A stretch of DNA of 64,000 nucleotides from an uncultured Gemmataceae bacterium (GTDB lineage: Bacteria > Planctomycetota > Planctomycetia > Gemmatales > Gemmataceae). This document shows, in pieces, positions 47,008-56,019 of this stretch. The notes beneath the pieces are model-generated. The model was given only the letters and a program-made list of their open reading frames with translations, was not told where the DNA came from and searched no databases. Position numbers and translations under genes: made by a program. The stretch covers positions 2,528,001 through 2,592,000 of the forward strand of contig CAVVPN010000003.1 of NCBI GenBank assembly GCA_963750165.1. Direction: 5' to 3'. Each line of letters starts with the position of its first letter. Positions within the stretch are counted from its first letter, which is position 1.

Positions 47008-48336
47008 ATGAACGCGCAACCGCACAAGCTAACTCGCCGCACCCTGCTCAAGGGCGTCGGCGTCACGATGGCCCTGCCCTGGTTGGAAGCGCTGCCGTTC
47101 TGGGGCAGTCCAGCGACCGGCACCGCCGGCGCGGCGCCGCCCAAACGGTTCGCGGCCCTGTTCATGGGCAACGGCATCAGCCCGCCGAACTGGTGGGCGC
47201 GAGGCGCTGGCGCCAGCATGGAGTTGAGCCCGAGTCTCCAGCCCTTGACCGCCCTGCGGCCCCGGTTGAACGTCGTCTCGGGGTTGTTCAACCGCCACGC
47301 GACCGGCGTCGGCATCCATCCCGGCCAGACCGGCAACATCCTGTCGGGGGCTGCACTGCAGCGCGGGGCGGTGCTGCGCGGCGGCACCAGTATGGATCAG
47401 GTGCTCGCCGCCCACTTCGAGGAGGAGACGGCCCAGCCGAGCCTGGTGCTGGGCTGCGAACAGCCGATCACCGGCTACCACGAAACCAATTTCTCGATGG
47501 CCTACAGCTCGCACATTTCCTGGCAAAACGCCAACTCGCCGGTGCCGATGGAGGTCTACCCGGCGCTGGCGTTCGACAGCCTGTTCGACAACCAGGGCAG
47601 CCGGCGAACCCTCAGCGTGCTCGACCGTGTTCGCACCCAGGCCGCGGCGCTGCAGCGCCAGGTCAGTCACGCCGACCGGGCCAAGCTCGACGAGTACCTG
47701 ACCAGCGTGCGTGAGGTGGAACGGCGCGTACAGCGCACCCGTGTCGAGAAAGACCGCGCCGACAACCGGGCCCGCGACCGTGGCCGACCGGCGCTGACGA
47801 TGCCCCGTCCCGCCAACGGGCTGCCCGAAGACATCCGCGAACACATGCGGTTGATGTGCGACATCATCGCCCTGGCCTTCCAGACCGACACGACGCGCAT
47901 CGCGACGCTGCTCCTGTGCCGCGACCTCTCCGGGCTCTTCTACCCGTTCCTCGACGTCCGCATGGCTCACCACCCGACTTCGCACGAAGACCATTCCGCC
48001 GCTTACGAACGGGTGACGCGCTATTACGTGAGCCAGCTGGCGTACCTGGCGAACCGGTTGGCCGCGATGCCGGAAGGGGACGCGACCGTGCTGGACCACT
48101 CCTGCCTGCTGTTCATTTCCAACCTGTGGTCCGGCAGCCAGCACGATTCGAGCAAGGTTCCGGTGCTGCTGGTGGGCGGCCTGGGAGGATCGCTGACGAC
48201 CGGGCGGGTGCTCGATTACCGCGGGCGTGGGGATGCCAACCGCAAACTGTGCAGTCTGTACCTGTCGCTGATGAACCGCATGGGCGTGCGGGCCGAGCGC
48301 TTCGGGGACGCGGCCGCGCCGCTCGCCGGTTTGTGA
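47008..48336 (+). CDS. DUF1552 domain-containing protein
   Basis: LTRRTLLKGVGVTMALPWLEA, PKRFAALFMGNG, YSSHISW, KLDEYLTSVREVERR, IIALAFQTDTTRIAT. Confidence 0.92.
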   Translation: MNAQPHKLTRRTLLKGVGVTMALPWLEALPFWGSPATGTAGAAPPKRFAALFMGNGISPPNWWARGAGASMELSPSLQPLTALRPRLNVVSGLFNRHATGVGIHPGQTGNILSGAALQRGAVLRGGTSMDQVLAAHFEEETAQPSLVLGCEQPITGYHETNFSMAYSSHISWQNANSPVPMEVYPALAFDSLFDNQGSRRTLSVLDRVRTQAAALQRQVSHADRAKLDEYLTSVREVERRVQRTRVEKDRADNRARDRGRPALTMPRPANGLPEDIREHMRLMCDIIALAFQTDTTRIATLLLCRDLSGLFYPFLDVRMAHHPTSHEDHSAAYERVTRYYVSQLAYLANRLAAMPEGDATVLDHSCLLFISNLWSGSQHDSSKVPVLLVGGLGGSLTTGRVLDYRGRGDANRKLCSLYLSLMNRMGVRAERFGDAAAPLAGL

Positions 48337-48341
48337 ACGTG

Positions 48342-50507
48342 TTAACCCGGCAAAGCCTGCGCGGGCTCAACCTTAACAAGATGCACCTCAGCAGGGGTTT
48401 GGTACGATTCCGTTTCGCCGCGCACCTCCACCAGGTTATCAAAAAACGTCGCCCCGCCGCCGAAGTCCGTCAGTTTACTACTCGTCGTCGTGTTGCAGTT
48501 CACGCCGTCGGTGGCGTACTTGTTCCACCACACGCTCAGCGTCACCGCCACGCCGCGCTTGACTGTCTCGCCCACCACCGCCCGCGCCCGGAAGCCGCCG
48601 CGGTCGTTGAAGACGCGCACCCACTGCCCATTCGCGATGCCGCGCGCCGCCGCGTCCTCGGGGTGTAGTTCCACCGTCGGCGCGCCCGCCTGCTGCCGCA
48701 GACTGTCCACGTTGACGAACGTCGAGTTCAGGAACGACGGCGCCGGCGGGCTGACGAGTTGCAGCGGGTAGCGCGCCGCCATGTCCGGCCGCGTCTGCGG
48801 GTCCTCGTGCGGCGGCGTGTAGTTCGGCAGCGGGTCGAGCGCCTGCGCCGCCAGCGCCGGGCTGTAGAATTCGCACTTGCCCGATGGCGTACCAAAGCCG
48901 CCCTGCGCGAACGGCGCGTAATCGCGCGGCACGTTCAGCCGCACCGGCCCCTCGCGCCGCAGCCGCTCCAGGCCGATGCCCGCGAACGCCTCCGCTTTGG
49001 GATACGCGGCCGGCGACTGCGGCGGCAGCATCGCCTCCGCCGCCAGCTGCTCGTCGGTCACGTCGAACAACTCCGGCTCAAAGCCCAGGCGCCGCGCCAG
49101 CAGGCGGAACACGTCGGTGTTGCTCTTCGCCTCGCCCAGCGGCGCGATCGCCTGCTCGTTGGTCTGCACGTACAGGTGGCCATAGGAGCCGTGCAGGTCG
49201 AAGTGCTCCAGCTGCGTCGTCGCCGGCAGCACCAAATCGGCGTAGTCGGCGGTGTCGGTCTGGAACTGGTCGTGGACGACCGTGAACAGGTCCTCGCGCC
49301 GCAGCCCGCGCAGCACGCGCGACTGGTCCGGACAGATGGCGGCGGGGTTGGAGTTGTAGACGTACAGTGCCCGCACCGGCGGCCCCGGCAGTTCGCCGGT
49401 CAGCGCCTCGGCCAGCTGCGTCATGTTGATGGTGCGCGTTCCCGGCGGGATCAGGTCCGGCCGCTGCAGGGCGTCGTTGTTGAACGGGTACAGCTTGCTG
49501 GTGCTCAGCAGCGCCCCGCCGCCGACGTGCCGCCACGCACCGATTACCGCCGGCAGGCAGCAGATGGTCCGCACCGCCATGCCACCGCCGCCGTGCCGCT
49601 GCATGCCGTAGTTCAGCCGGATCAGCGCCGGCGCGGTCGCCGCATATTCGTGGGCCAGTTTTTCGATGTCGCCAACCGGTATGCCCGTGATCGCCGCCAC
49701 GCGCTGCGGCGCATACTCCGTCAGTGCCCGCTGCCGCAGTTCCGCAGTGCCCAGACAGTAGCGCTCCAGATAATCCTCATCCTGCAAACCGTCGCGCCAC
49801 AGCACGTGCATCAGGCCCAGCGCCAGCGCCGCGTCGGTGCCGGGGCGGATGGGGATCCACCAGTCGCTGCGCGCCGCCGTCTTGCAGCGGTACGGATCAA
49901 TGCTGACGATTTTGGCGCCGGCCTTGCGAGCCTGGAACATCCGCGCCCACAGGTGCATGTTGGTGACGCTGGTGTTCGAGCCCCAGTTGATGAGGTAACG
50001 ACTGTGGACGACCGCCTCCGGGTCAAGCACGGCGCGAGTGCCGAGCGTGATCTGGCAGCCCGCCGCGCCGGCCGTCGCGCAGATGGTGCGGTCCAGCAGC
50101 GACGCGCCCAGGCGGTGGAAGAAGCGGCGGTCCAGGCTTTCGCCCTGCAGCTTGCCCATCGTGCCGGCGTAGCTGTACGGCAGGATGGCCTGCGGCCCGT
50201 CCGCCGAGGCGGCGATGTCACGGAAGCGGCCGGCGATGGCGTCGAGCGCCTCGTCCCAGCTGACGCGCTCGAAGCGGCCAGTCCCCTTGGGGCCGACGCG
50301 GCGCAGCGGATATTGCAACCGTTCGGGATGGTAGACCCGCTCCAGATAGCGGGCCACCTTCTGGCACAGAAACCCCTGCGTGAACGGGTGCTCGCGGTCG
50401 CCGCGCAGCTGGACCGCCCGGCCGTCGCGCACCGTGACGACCAGGCCGCAGGTGTCGGGGCAGTCGTGCGGACAGACGGCGCGGACGGTATGGGTGTTCG
50501 GCGTCAT
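48342..50507 (-). CDS. Molybdopterin oxidoreductase family protein (DMSO reductase superfamily)
   Basis: N-terminal CPHDCPDTC...GFLCQK Fe-S motif, TDTADYADLVLPATT, C-terminal LHPEDAAARGIANGQWVRVFNDRG. Confidence 0.93.
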   Translation of the reverse strand: MTPNTHTVRAVCPHDCPDTCGLVVTVRDGRAVQLRGDREHPFTQGFLCQKVARYLERVYHPERLQYPLRRVGPKGTGRFERVSWDEALDAIAGRFRDIAASADGPQAILPYSYAGTMGKLQGESLDRRFFHRLGASLLDRTICATAGAAGCQITLGTRAVLDPEAVVHSRYLINWGSNTSVTNMHLWARMFQARKAGAKIVSIDPYRCKTAARSDWWIPIRPGTDAALALGLMHVLWRDGLQDEDYLERYCLGTAELRQRALTEYAPQRVAAITGIPVGDIEKLAHEYAATAPALIRLNYGMQRHGGGGMAVRTICCLPAVIGAWRHVGGGALLSTSKLYPFNNDALQRPDLIPPGTRTINMTQLAEALTGELPGPPVRALYVYNSNPAAICPDQSRVLRGLRREDLFTVVHDQFQTDTADYADLVLPATTQLEHFDLHGSYGHLYVQTNEQAIAPLGEAKSNTDVFRLLARRLGFEPELFDVTDEQLAAEAMLPPQSPAAYPKAEAFAGIGLERLRREGPVRLNVPRDYAPFAQGGFGTPSGKCEFYSPALAAQALDPLPNYTPPHEDPQTRPDMAARYPLQLVSPPAPSFLNSTFVNVDSLRQQAGAPTVELHPEDAAARGIANGQWVRVFNDRGGFRARAVVGETVKRGVAVTLSVWWNKYATDGVNCNTTTSSKLTDFGGGATFFDNLVEVRGETESYQTPAEVHLVKVEPAQALPG

Positions 50508-50658
50508 TGGGGGCTCCCGGTCATTGGTGGCGACGTGGCCCGGCGGGCCGTCTCCAGGATTGTAGCGAATCGGCCCCGGAATCCCGCGGAAAAAGCGCGC
50601 AGCGAAAGCGAACCTGTCATCGGCGGCAACCGTCTACCCAATACTGATGGCGAAATGT

Positions 50659-50730
50659 GCCCTGGTGGTGAAACGGACATCACAGCTCCCTTCTAATGAG
50701 AAGTTCCGGGTTCGATTCCTGGCCGGGGTA
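50659..50730 (+). tRNA. tRNA-Arg(TCT), anticodon stem degenerate
   Basis: Acceptor GCCCTGG/CCGGGGT, D stem GTGA/TCAC, loop CTTCTAA, T arm CCGGG-TTCGATT-CCTGG; anticodon stem pairs only 3 of 5. Confidence 0.7.
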
Positions 50731-50739
50731 CTGACGATT

Positions 50740-50812
50740 GCGTCCATGATGTAATTTGGCAGCCTACTGCCTTGCCATGGCAGATGTGGGGGTTCAAATC
50801 CCCCTGGACGCT
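50740..50812 (+). tRNA. tRNA-Gly(GCC)
   Basis: GCGTCCA/TGGACGC acceptor, CTGCC-TTGCCAT-GGCAG anticodon arm, GGGGG-TTCAAAT-CCCCC T arm. Confidence 0.85.
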
Positions 50813-50823
50813 CTGCGAAACGG

Positions 50824-50873
50824 TCCGAGCCCGAGCGCCAGCGAGGGGCCCCTCGCTGGCGCTCGGGCTCGGA
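50824..50873. repeat. Perfect 50-bp palindrome, planctomycete REP-like element
   Basis: TCCGAGCCCGAGCGCCAGCGAGGGG|CCCCTCGCTGGCGCTCGGGCTCGGA. Confidence 0.85.
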
Positions 50874-50890
50874 TCGGACATCACACAAAT

Positions 50891-50976
50891 GGAAGGGCAA
50901 GCCAACCGGCGATGGCACCCCATTGGAATTGGGACGAGGCCGCAAGCCCTTGAGGGTTCGACTCCCTCTCCTTCCG
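50891..50976 (+). tRNA. tRNA-Ser(GGA)
   Basis: GGAAGGG/TCCTTCC acceptor, loop TTGGAAT, long variable arm, GAGGG-TTCGACT-CCCTC T arm, discriminator G. Confidence 0.82.
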
Positions 50977-50982
50977 CTGACC

Positions 50983-51055
50983 GTGCCCGTGGCCGAGCGG
51001 CCGAGGCATCTGCCTTCCAAGCAGGATCAGGTGGGTTCAACTCCCACCGGGCACT
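50983..51055 (+). tRNA. tRNA-Gly(TCC)
   Basis: GTGCCCG/CGGGCAC acceptor, TCTGC-CTTCCAA-GCAGG anticodon arm, GTGGG-TTCAACT-CCCAC T arm. Confidence 0.85.
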
Positions 51056-51207
51056 CTGGTGTCTCTCTAATCTGTCGAGTTCTCTTAACTCTTACAACTC
51101 GCGCGGACGCTATTGATTCAGGATCCAGTCCACTGCATCAACCCGCTTGATGCTGCCGGCGCGGCTTTGCCTACTTCGGGAGGCACCGCCCTCACATCAT
51201 TGGCAAA

Positions 51208-51236
51208 TTGACAAACCCTCTGTATTTACCGATACT
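51208..51236 (+). promoter_or_regulatory. Candidate sigma70 promoter of the G8-domain gene
   Basis: TTGACA-17 nt-GATACT. Confidence 0.5.
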
Positions 51237-51342
51237 GGCTGTCATAACCTTCCTGCCAGGGGTAAGATACCAAACAACCGGCCTGCCCGATCAACCCGCG
51301 CCCCGCAGAACCCGCCAACCGCCCCAAGGAGCCTCGAACACC

Positions 51343-53667
51343 ATGCGGCCCGTCACCCTCTCGCTCGCCTGCACCATTGCCTGGCTGTTGACCGGCGCGG
51401 CCAGCGCGCCCGCCCAGGAAAACCCCAGCGACAAGCCTGTCCTCCGCTCCGTCAAGAGCGGCCCCTGGTCGGCATCGGCTACCTGGGAGGGCGGCAAGGT
51501 CCCCGGCGCCGGCGCCCGCGTCCTGATCCGCGCCGGCCATCGCATCCTGTACGACATCAAGTCCGATGAGCCGATCCGCGCCGTCAACGTGGCCGGTACT
51601 CTGAGCTTCGCCACCGACCGCGACACACGCCTGACCGTCGGCCTCCTCAAGATTCAGGACAGCGAGACGTACAGCGAGGACGGCTTTGACTGCGCGGTCC
51701 ACCTGACGGCCCCCGATGCCAAAAAGGACCGCGCCGCCCTGGAAGTCGGCACGCCCAACCAGCCCGTCGCGGCCAGGCACACCGCCACCATCCGCCTGGC
51801 GTACCTCGACGGCATGGACAAACAGTCCTGCCCGGCCATCGTCTGTTGTGGTGGCCGCATGGACTTCCACGGCGCCCCCCTGAGCCGCACCTGGCTCAAG
51901 CTCGGCGCCACGGCGAAGAAGGGCGACGCCACCGCCACACTGGCCGAACCCGTGACCGGCTGGCGCGTCGGCGACCGCGTTATTGTCACCGCCACCACCA
52001 CGCCGAATTACCAGCACGAATGGCAGACGGAGGAGCGCACCATCCGCGCCGTCAGTGACAGCACCGTGACACTGGACCGGCCGCTGGCGTTCGAGCACCT
52101 CGGCGCCGGCGAGTACCGCGGCGAGATCGCGAACCTCAGCCGCAACGTCGTCGTCGAATCGGCGGACCCGAAGGGCGTCCGCGGCCACACCATGTACCAC
52201 CGCCACAGCGCCGGCGCCATCAGTTACGCGGAGTTCCGCCACCTCGGCAAGGAAGGCGTCCTCGGCCGCTACAGTCTGCACTACCACCTCGTCGGCGACA
52301 CCATGCGCGGCAGTTACGTCCTCGGCGCCTCCATCTGGGACAGCCACAACCGCTGGCTGACCATTCACGGCACCAATTACCTGGTCGTCCGCGACTGCGT
52401 CGGCTACCAGAGCATTGGCCACGGCTTTTTCTTCGAGGACGGCACCGAGGTCTACAACGTCCTCGACCGCAACCTGGCGGTGCAGGCGAAGCAGGGCAAG
52501 CGGCTGCCGCGGCAGATGCTGCCGTTCGACGCCAACGAGGGGTCCGGTTTCTGGTGGGCCAACAGCCTGAACACCTTCACGCGCAACGTCTCCTGCGAGA
52601 ATCACCGCTACGGCTACCGCTACGAGGCGACGCAGGGCAGTTCCTTCAAGCTCACCCTGCCCGTGCAGCAGGCGGACGGCACCCTGAAAAAGCTGGACAT
52701 CCGCACGCTGCCGTTCGTCCGCTTCGACGACAACGAGGCGCACTGCGACGGCCTGTACGGCATCAACCTCGGCGAGGGCGTCAACCGTGTCGGCCCGGAC
52801 GCGCGGCACCCGTTCGTGATGCGCAACACGAAAATCTGGTCCGTCCACTACGCCCTGCGGCCGCAGGTGCCGGCGCTGCTGGTCGAGAACCTGAAAATCT
52901 GGAAGGCGGCCTACGGCGTCTACCACCCCAATTACGACAACCACGTCTACCGCAACGTCTACATCGGCTACACCAACACTGAGCCGTTCAACCGCGGCCA
53001 CGACGACCTCAGCACCCAGTACGGCGTGCTGACCGTGGACGGCCTGACCTTCGACGGCATCCGCTCCGGCAGCTTCATGCCGTTGATCCAGATCAGCGAC
53101 GACAACATGAGCAGCACGGCGGCATCGCACTTCCGCAACGTCAAGGTGACCAACTGGAGTGGCGACAAGAAGCGGGCCATCGTCAACCTGGGCGGCGGTC
53201 CGCGGCCGATGCCGAAGACCGATAAGGGTGTGCCGATCTACCTGCACGACCACTTCGGCCCCGGCCGCACCGCCAAGATTGTCAGCACGAAAACCAAGGA
53301 ACTCAAAACCGACGGCCTCGTCTACCGCGAGGAAGCGCTGCTGACCGGCGATCAGTCGCGCGTCGCGGAAACGAAGGGCGTCGTGTTCCCGAAGCTGCTC
53401 GACCCAGTGGACGATTTGCCGCCGGCCACGGTCATCACGCACGTGCGGCGAGTGGACGGCAAGGTGATCGTGCGCGGCACCACGTCGGACAATGGTACGG
53501 TCAAGCGCGTGGTGGTCAGCGGCACCGAGGCCCGACCGCTCAGCGCCAACTTCGCGGAGTGGGAGGCGGTGCTGGAGGGCGTGCGGGGCGGGCTGACGTT
53601 GCAGGCTTTCGCGGAGGATGCCGCGGGCAACATCGAACAGCGGCCGCATGTCGTGGTGCTGCGCTGA
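51343..53667 (+). CDS. Secreted G8-domain / parallel beta-helix protein (CEMIP/TMEM2-like architecture)
   Basis: AAGGAG SD and signal peptide; SGPWSASATWEGGKVPGAG (G8), GWRVGDRVIVTAT, RGEIANLSRNVVV, LGRYSLHYHL, NRWLTIHGT, GHGFFFEDGTE. Confidence 0.85.
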   Translation: MRPVTLSLACTIAWLLTGAASAPAQENPSDKPVLRSVKSGPWSASATWEGGKVPGAGARVLIRAGHRILYDIKSDEPIRAVNVAGTLSFATDRDTRLTVGLLKIQDSETYSEDGFDCAVHLTAPDAKKDRAALEVGTPNQPVAARHTATIRLAYLDGMDKQSCPAIVCCGGRMDFHGAPLSRTWLKLGATAKKGDATATLAEPVTGWRVGDRVIVTATTTPNYQHEWQTEERTIRAVSDSTVTLDRPLAFEHLGAGEYRGEIANLSRNVVVESADPKGVRGHTMYHRHSAGAISYAEFRHLGKEGVLGRYSLHYHLVGDTMRGSYVLGASIWDSHNRWLTIHGTNYLVVRDCVGYQSIGHGFFFEDGTEVYNVLDRNLAVQAKQGKRLPRQMLPFDANEGSGFWWANSLNTFTRNVSCENHRYGYRYEATQGSSFKLTLPVQQADGTLKKLDIRTLPFVRFDDNEAHCDGLYGINLGEGVNRVGPDARHPFVMRNTKIWSVHYALRPQVPALLVENLKIWKAAYGVYHPNYDNHVYRNVYIGYTNTEPFNRGHDDLSTQYGVLTVDGLTFDGIRSGSFMPLIQISDDNMSSTAASHFRNVKVTNWSGDKKRAIVNLGGGPRPMPKTDKGVPIYLHDHFGPGRTAKIVSTKTKELKTDGLVYREEALLTGDQSRVAETKGVVFPKLLDPVDDLPPATVITHVRRVDGKVIVRGTTSDNGTVKRVVVSGTEARPLSANFAEWEAVLEGVRGGLTLQAFAEDAAGNIEQRPHVVVLR

Positions 53668-53686
53668 CCGGGCAGCGCAAACAAAC

Positions 53687-53716
53687 GGCCGCGGTTCCCC
53701 GATGGGAACCGCGGCC
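53687..53716 (-). terminator. Probable rho-independent terminator between the convergent G8 and hsp20 genes
   Basis: 13-bp stem GGCCGCGGTTCCC/GGGAACCGCGGCC with a 4-nt loop; GTTTGTTT follows on the minus strand. Confidence 0.6.
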
Positions 53717-53786
53717 TCGACTTCCCTTCCGCTCCTGACGCCGACTCACGAGCGGCCAACGTGGGGTCGGCCGCCGGTTTGCGGAA

Positions 53787-54245
53787 TCACGCTTTCACCT
53801 CGATCCGGCGGGCCACCGCTTCCGGGATGCGCGGGACGCGCACTTCGAGAACGCCGTTCCGGTAGGTCGCTTCAATCTTCTCCAACTCGACCTCCGGCGG
53901 CAGCGTCAGCACGCGCCGCACATGAGCAACCACGCGCTCAGCGGCTTCCGCACCTTCCGCGGCCGCCTCCCGGTGTTCCGCCTCGACCGTCAACCGATCA
54001 CCCAGCACCTCCACGCGCACCTCCGGCGGCTCAAAGCCCGGCAATTCCGCGCGGATGACAACTTCCCGCTCGCGCTCCTCCATCGTCAGCGCACGTGCGA
54101 GTGGCCACTCGGACAGTTCCTCACCCATCCTGGTGCCGAGAAAGCGGTCGAACAGGGGCGTGAACTCATTCATCATCCAGTCGAACGGGGCTTCCAGACG
54201 CGGCAGCAGCGCCACCGGTCTCGTCCGCGGCGTGAGTGCAAACAT
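53787..54245 (-). CDS. Hsp20/alpha-crystallin small heat shock protein
   Basis: AAAGGAGG SD; VIRAELPGF...LTLPPEVELEKIEATYRNGVLEVRVPR. Confidence 0.93.
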   Translation of the reverse strand: MFALTPRTRPVALLPRLEAPFDWMMNEFTPLFDRFLGTRMGEELSEWPLARALTMEEREREVVIRAELPGFEPPEVRVEVLGDRLTVEAEHREAAAEGAEAAERVVAHVRRVLTLPPEVELEKIEATYRNGVLEVRVPRIPEAVARRIEVKA

Positions 54246-54399
54246 AACCCACCTCCTTTTCGACGGATGCCAGCGATTTTTTCTGGGCGATGGGGAGGGG
54301 AGCGACTGGCCGGTGGTGTCGGTGCTCGCCTTTCTTCCTCCCTAGGATTAGAGGGTCTGGCGAGGGGAAGGGATTCAAGTTTTTTTCAAGCAGAACCCC

Positions 54400-54460
54400 G
54401 TTGACGCCTCGCGTCAACGTTGTGGCCCGGTCTCCGGACATCCAGAGACCGGGCCACAAC
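54400..54460. repeat. Two adjacent inverted repeats (REP-like or terminator)
   Basis: GTTGACGC-CTC-GCGTCAAC followed by the 16-bp stem GTTGTGGCCCGGTCTC/GAGACCGGGCCACAAC. Confidence 0.65.
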
Positions 54461-54491
54461 CGTGTCATTTTCACTGATCACCGACCACGGC

Positions 54492-55878
54492 TCACGGCGG
54501 CGAAGACGGGAAGATTTCCTCATACTCGGAGGAGTCCTCGTGCTCGCCGACGCGCGCCGGCACAATCACGAGGTCGTCGTTCATCTCGCCGCGCGTGAAC
54601 AGCTTGCGGAACTTGGTGACGAACAGCCCCGCCCGCAGATGGCCCGTCAACTCTTGCAACTGGCGGACATCCTCCTCGGGCACGTGGCGTACCAGGTAGC
54701 CGTTCGGCCGGTCCTGGTGCGCCTTCTGCAGGCGCGCCAGGATGGTCTTGACGACCGCTGCCCGGCGCTGCGGATCTTGCACGTCCGCCTGGGTGAAGCC
54801 CTCGTCCACGTTGGGCACCTTCTCGGAGTATGCGGCCTGACCGCGCAACACCTGAATGTCGGTGTCGGTGAGGCGCCGGGCCCACTCCATCGTGGTGGGC
54901 ACGCGGCCTTGCGCGTTGGGCTGCGGCCGCTGCTTGGCCCTGAAAGTGAAGCCCAGCTCCTGGCCGCGCTTCAGCAAGTCGGGGATCTGCGTGCTGATGG
55001 CATTCAACCACTCCTCGCCCTTGCCCGGCAGCGTCTTGATTTTGCCGCTGCGCGGTCCGCAACATCGGCACCCATTGATACTGGTAGCTCATGTCCCCTT
55101 GCAGATCGACCTTGTACGGCGCCTGCACATAGAAGAGGGCTTCCGTCTTATCCTTCACGGAAATCTGCGTGATCTTGAGCGGATAGACCAGCTTGTCGCT
55201 GGCGAAGGTGAAGCGCGTGGGCGTGACCTCACCGTCGTAAGTACCGTCCTTGTTCTTCTTCATCTGCATGGTGTCGATCTTCATGACGGTGAAGACCCAC
55301 TTCTTCTGCACGTAATGGTTCAGCGTCGCCTCATCCCCCGCGTAGCTGTACTTGTTGGCCTTCAGCCAGGCGTACAGCGCGTCGGCACGGGCCGCCTCGA
55401 TGATCTTGTAATCCAGCGAGCCGACCACCCCCACTTCGAGAATCTTGATGAGCGGCGGCGCCTTGGTCTCCTCGTCACTCCCCCCGTCCTTTTTGGCGCC
55501 GCCCTTCCCCTTCGCCTTTCCTCCCCCACCGAACTTCGACGTCCGAACCAATTTGGAGGCCGGGTACTGCCGTCGCTTGAGGATCGAGTAGACGGCCAGA
55601 TCCTTGAAGAACCCCTTGGGCATTTCGTTCAGTTTCGGCTGCGTGGGCGTGGGGATGACCATGCCGAAGTCCAGGGCGTTGCCCTCGAACTTCGGCTGCA
55701 CCGTGAACGTCTCCACCTGCTTCTGCGGGTCCCAGGTGATGAATACCTTCTGCGCCGGTTGCAGGATGTCGGTGTTTTTCGCCGAGAAGTAACAGCACGC
55801 CGCGTCCGCCGTCGCGGGCACCAACGCCGCGACTGCCGTCAGCAACGGCAGGGCGAGGCGCGCCAGCAGTCTTCGCAT
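54492..55878 (-). CDS. DUF2330 family protein, paralog 3 (one extra base near 55050)
   Basis: ORFs 54520..55878 and 54492..55007 join as WVPMLRTA|SGKIKTLPGKGEEWL, collinear with the two intact paralogs. Confidence 0.8.
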
Positions 55879-56019
55879 GGTCTTGCTCCTTCGCGTGAGG
55901 GGTGAGGGAATAATTCTGGCAACGGGTTTCGAGTCTTGCGCCGAACACTCTACCTCTTGTAACCACCCGCGCCGGGCGAAGTTCTGCGCGGCGCGAAAAA
56001 AGGCACGACCGGGGGCCGC

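Noticed and set aside
50634..51150. Short ORFs over the tRNA cluster
   Set aside because: Explained by four tRNA cloverleafs and a palindrome.
54246..54400. CIRCE operator upstream of hsp20
   Set aside because: No TTAGCACTC-N9-GAGTGCTAA match seen.
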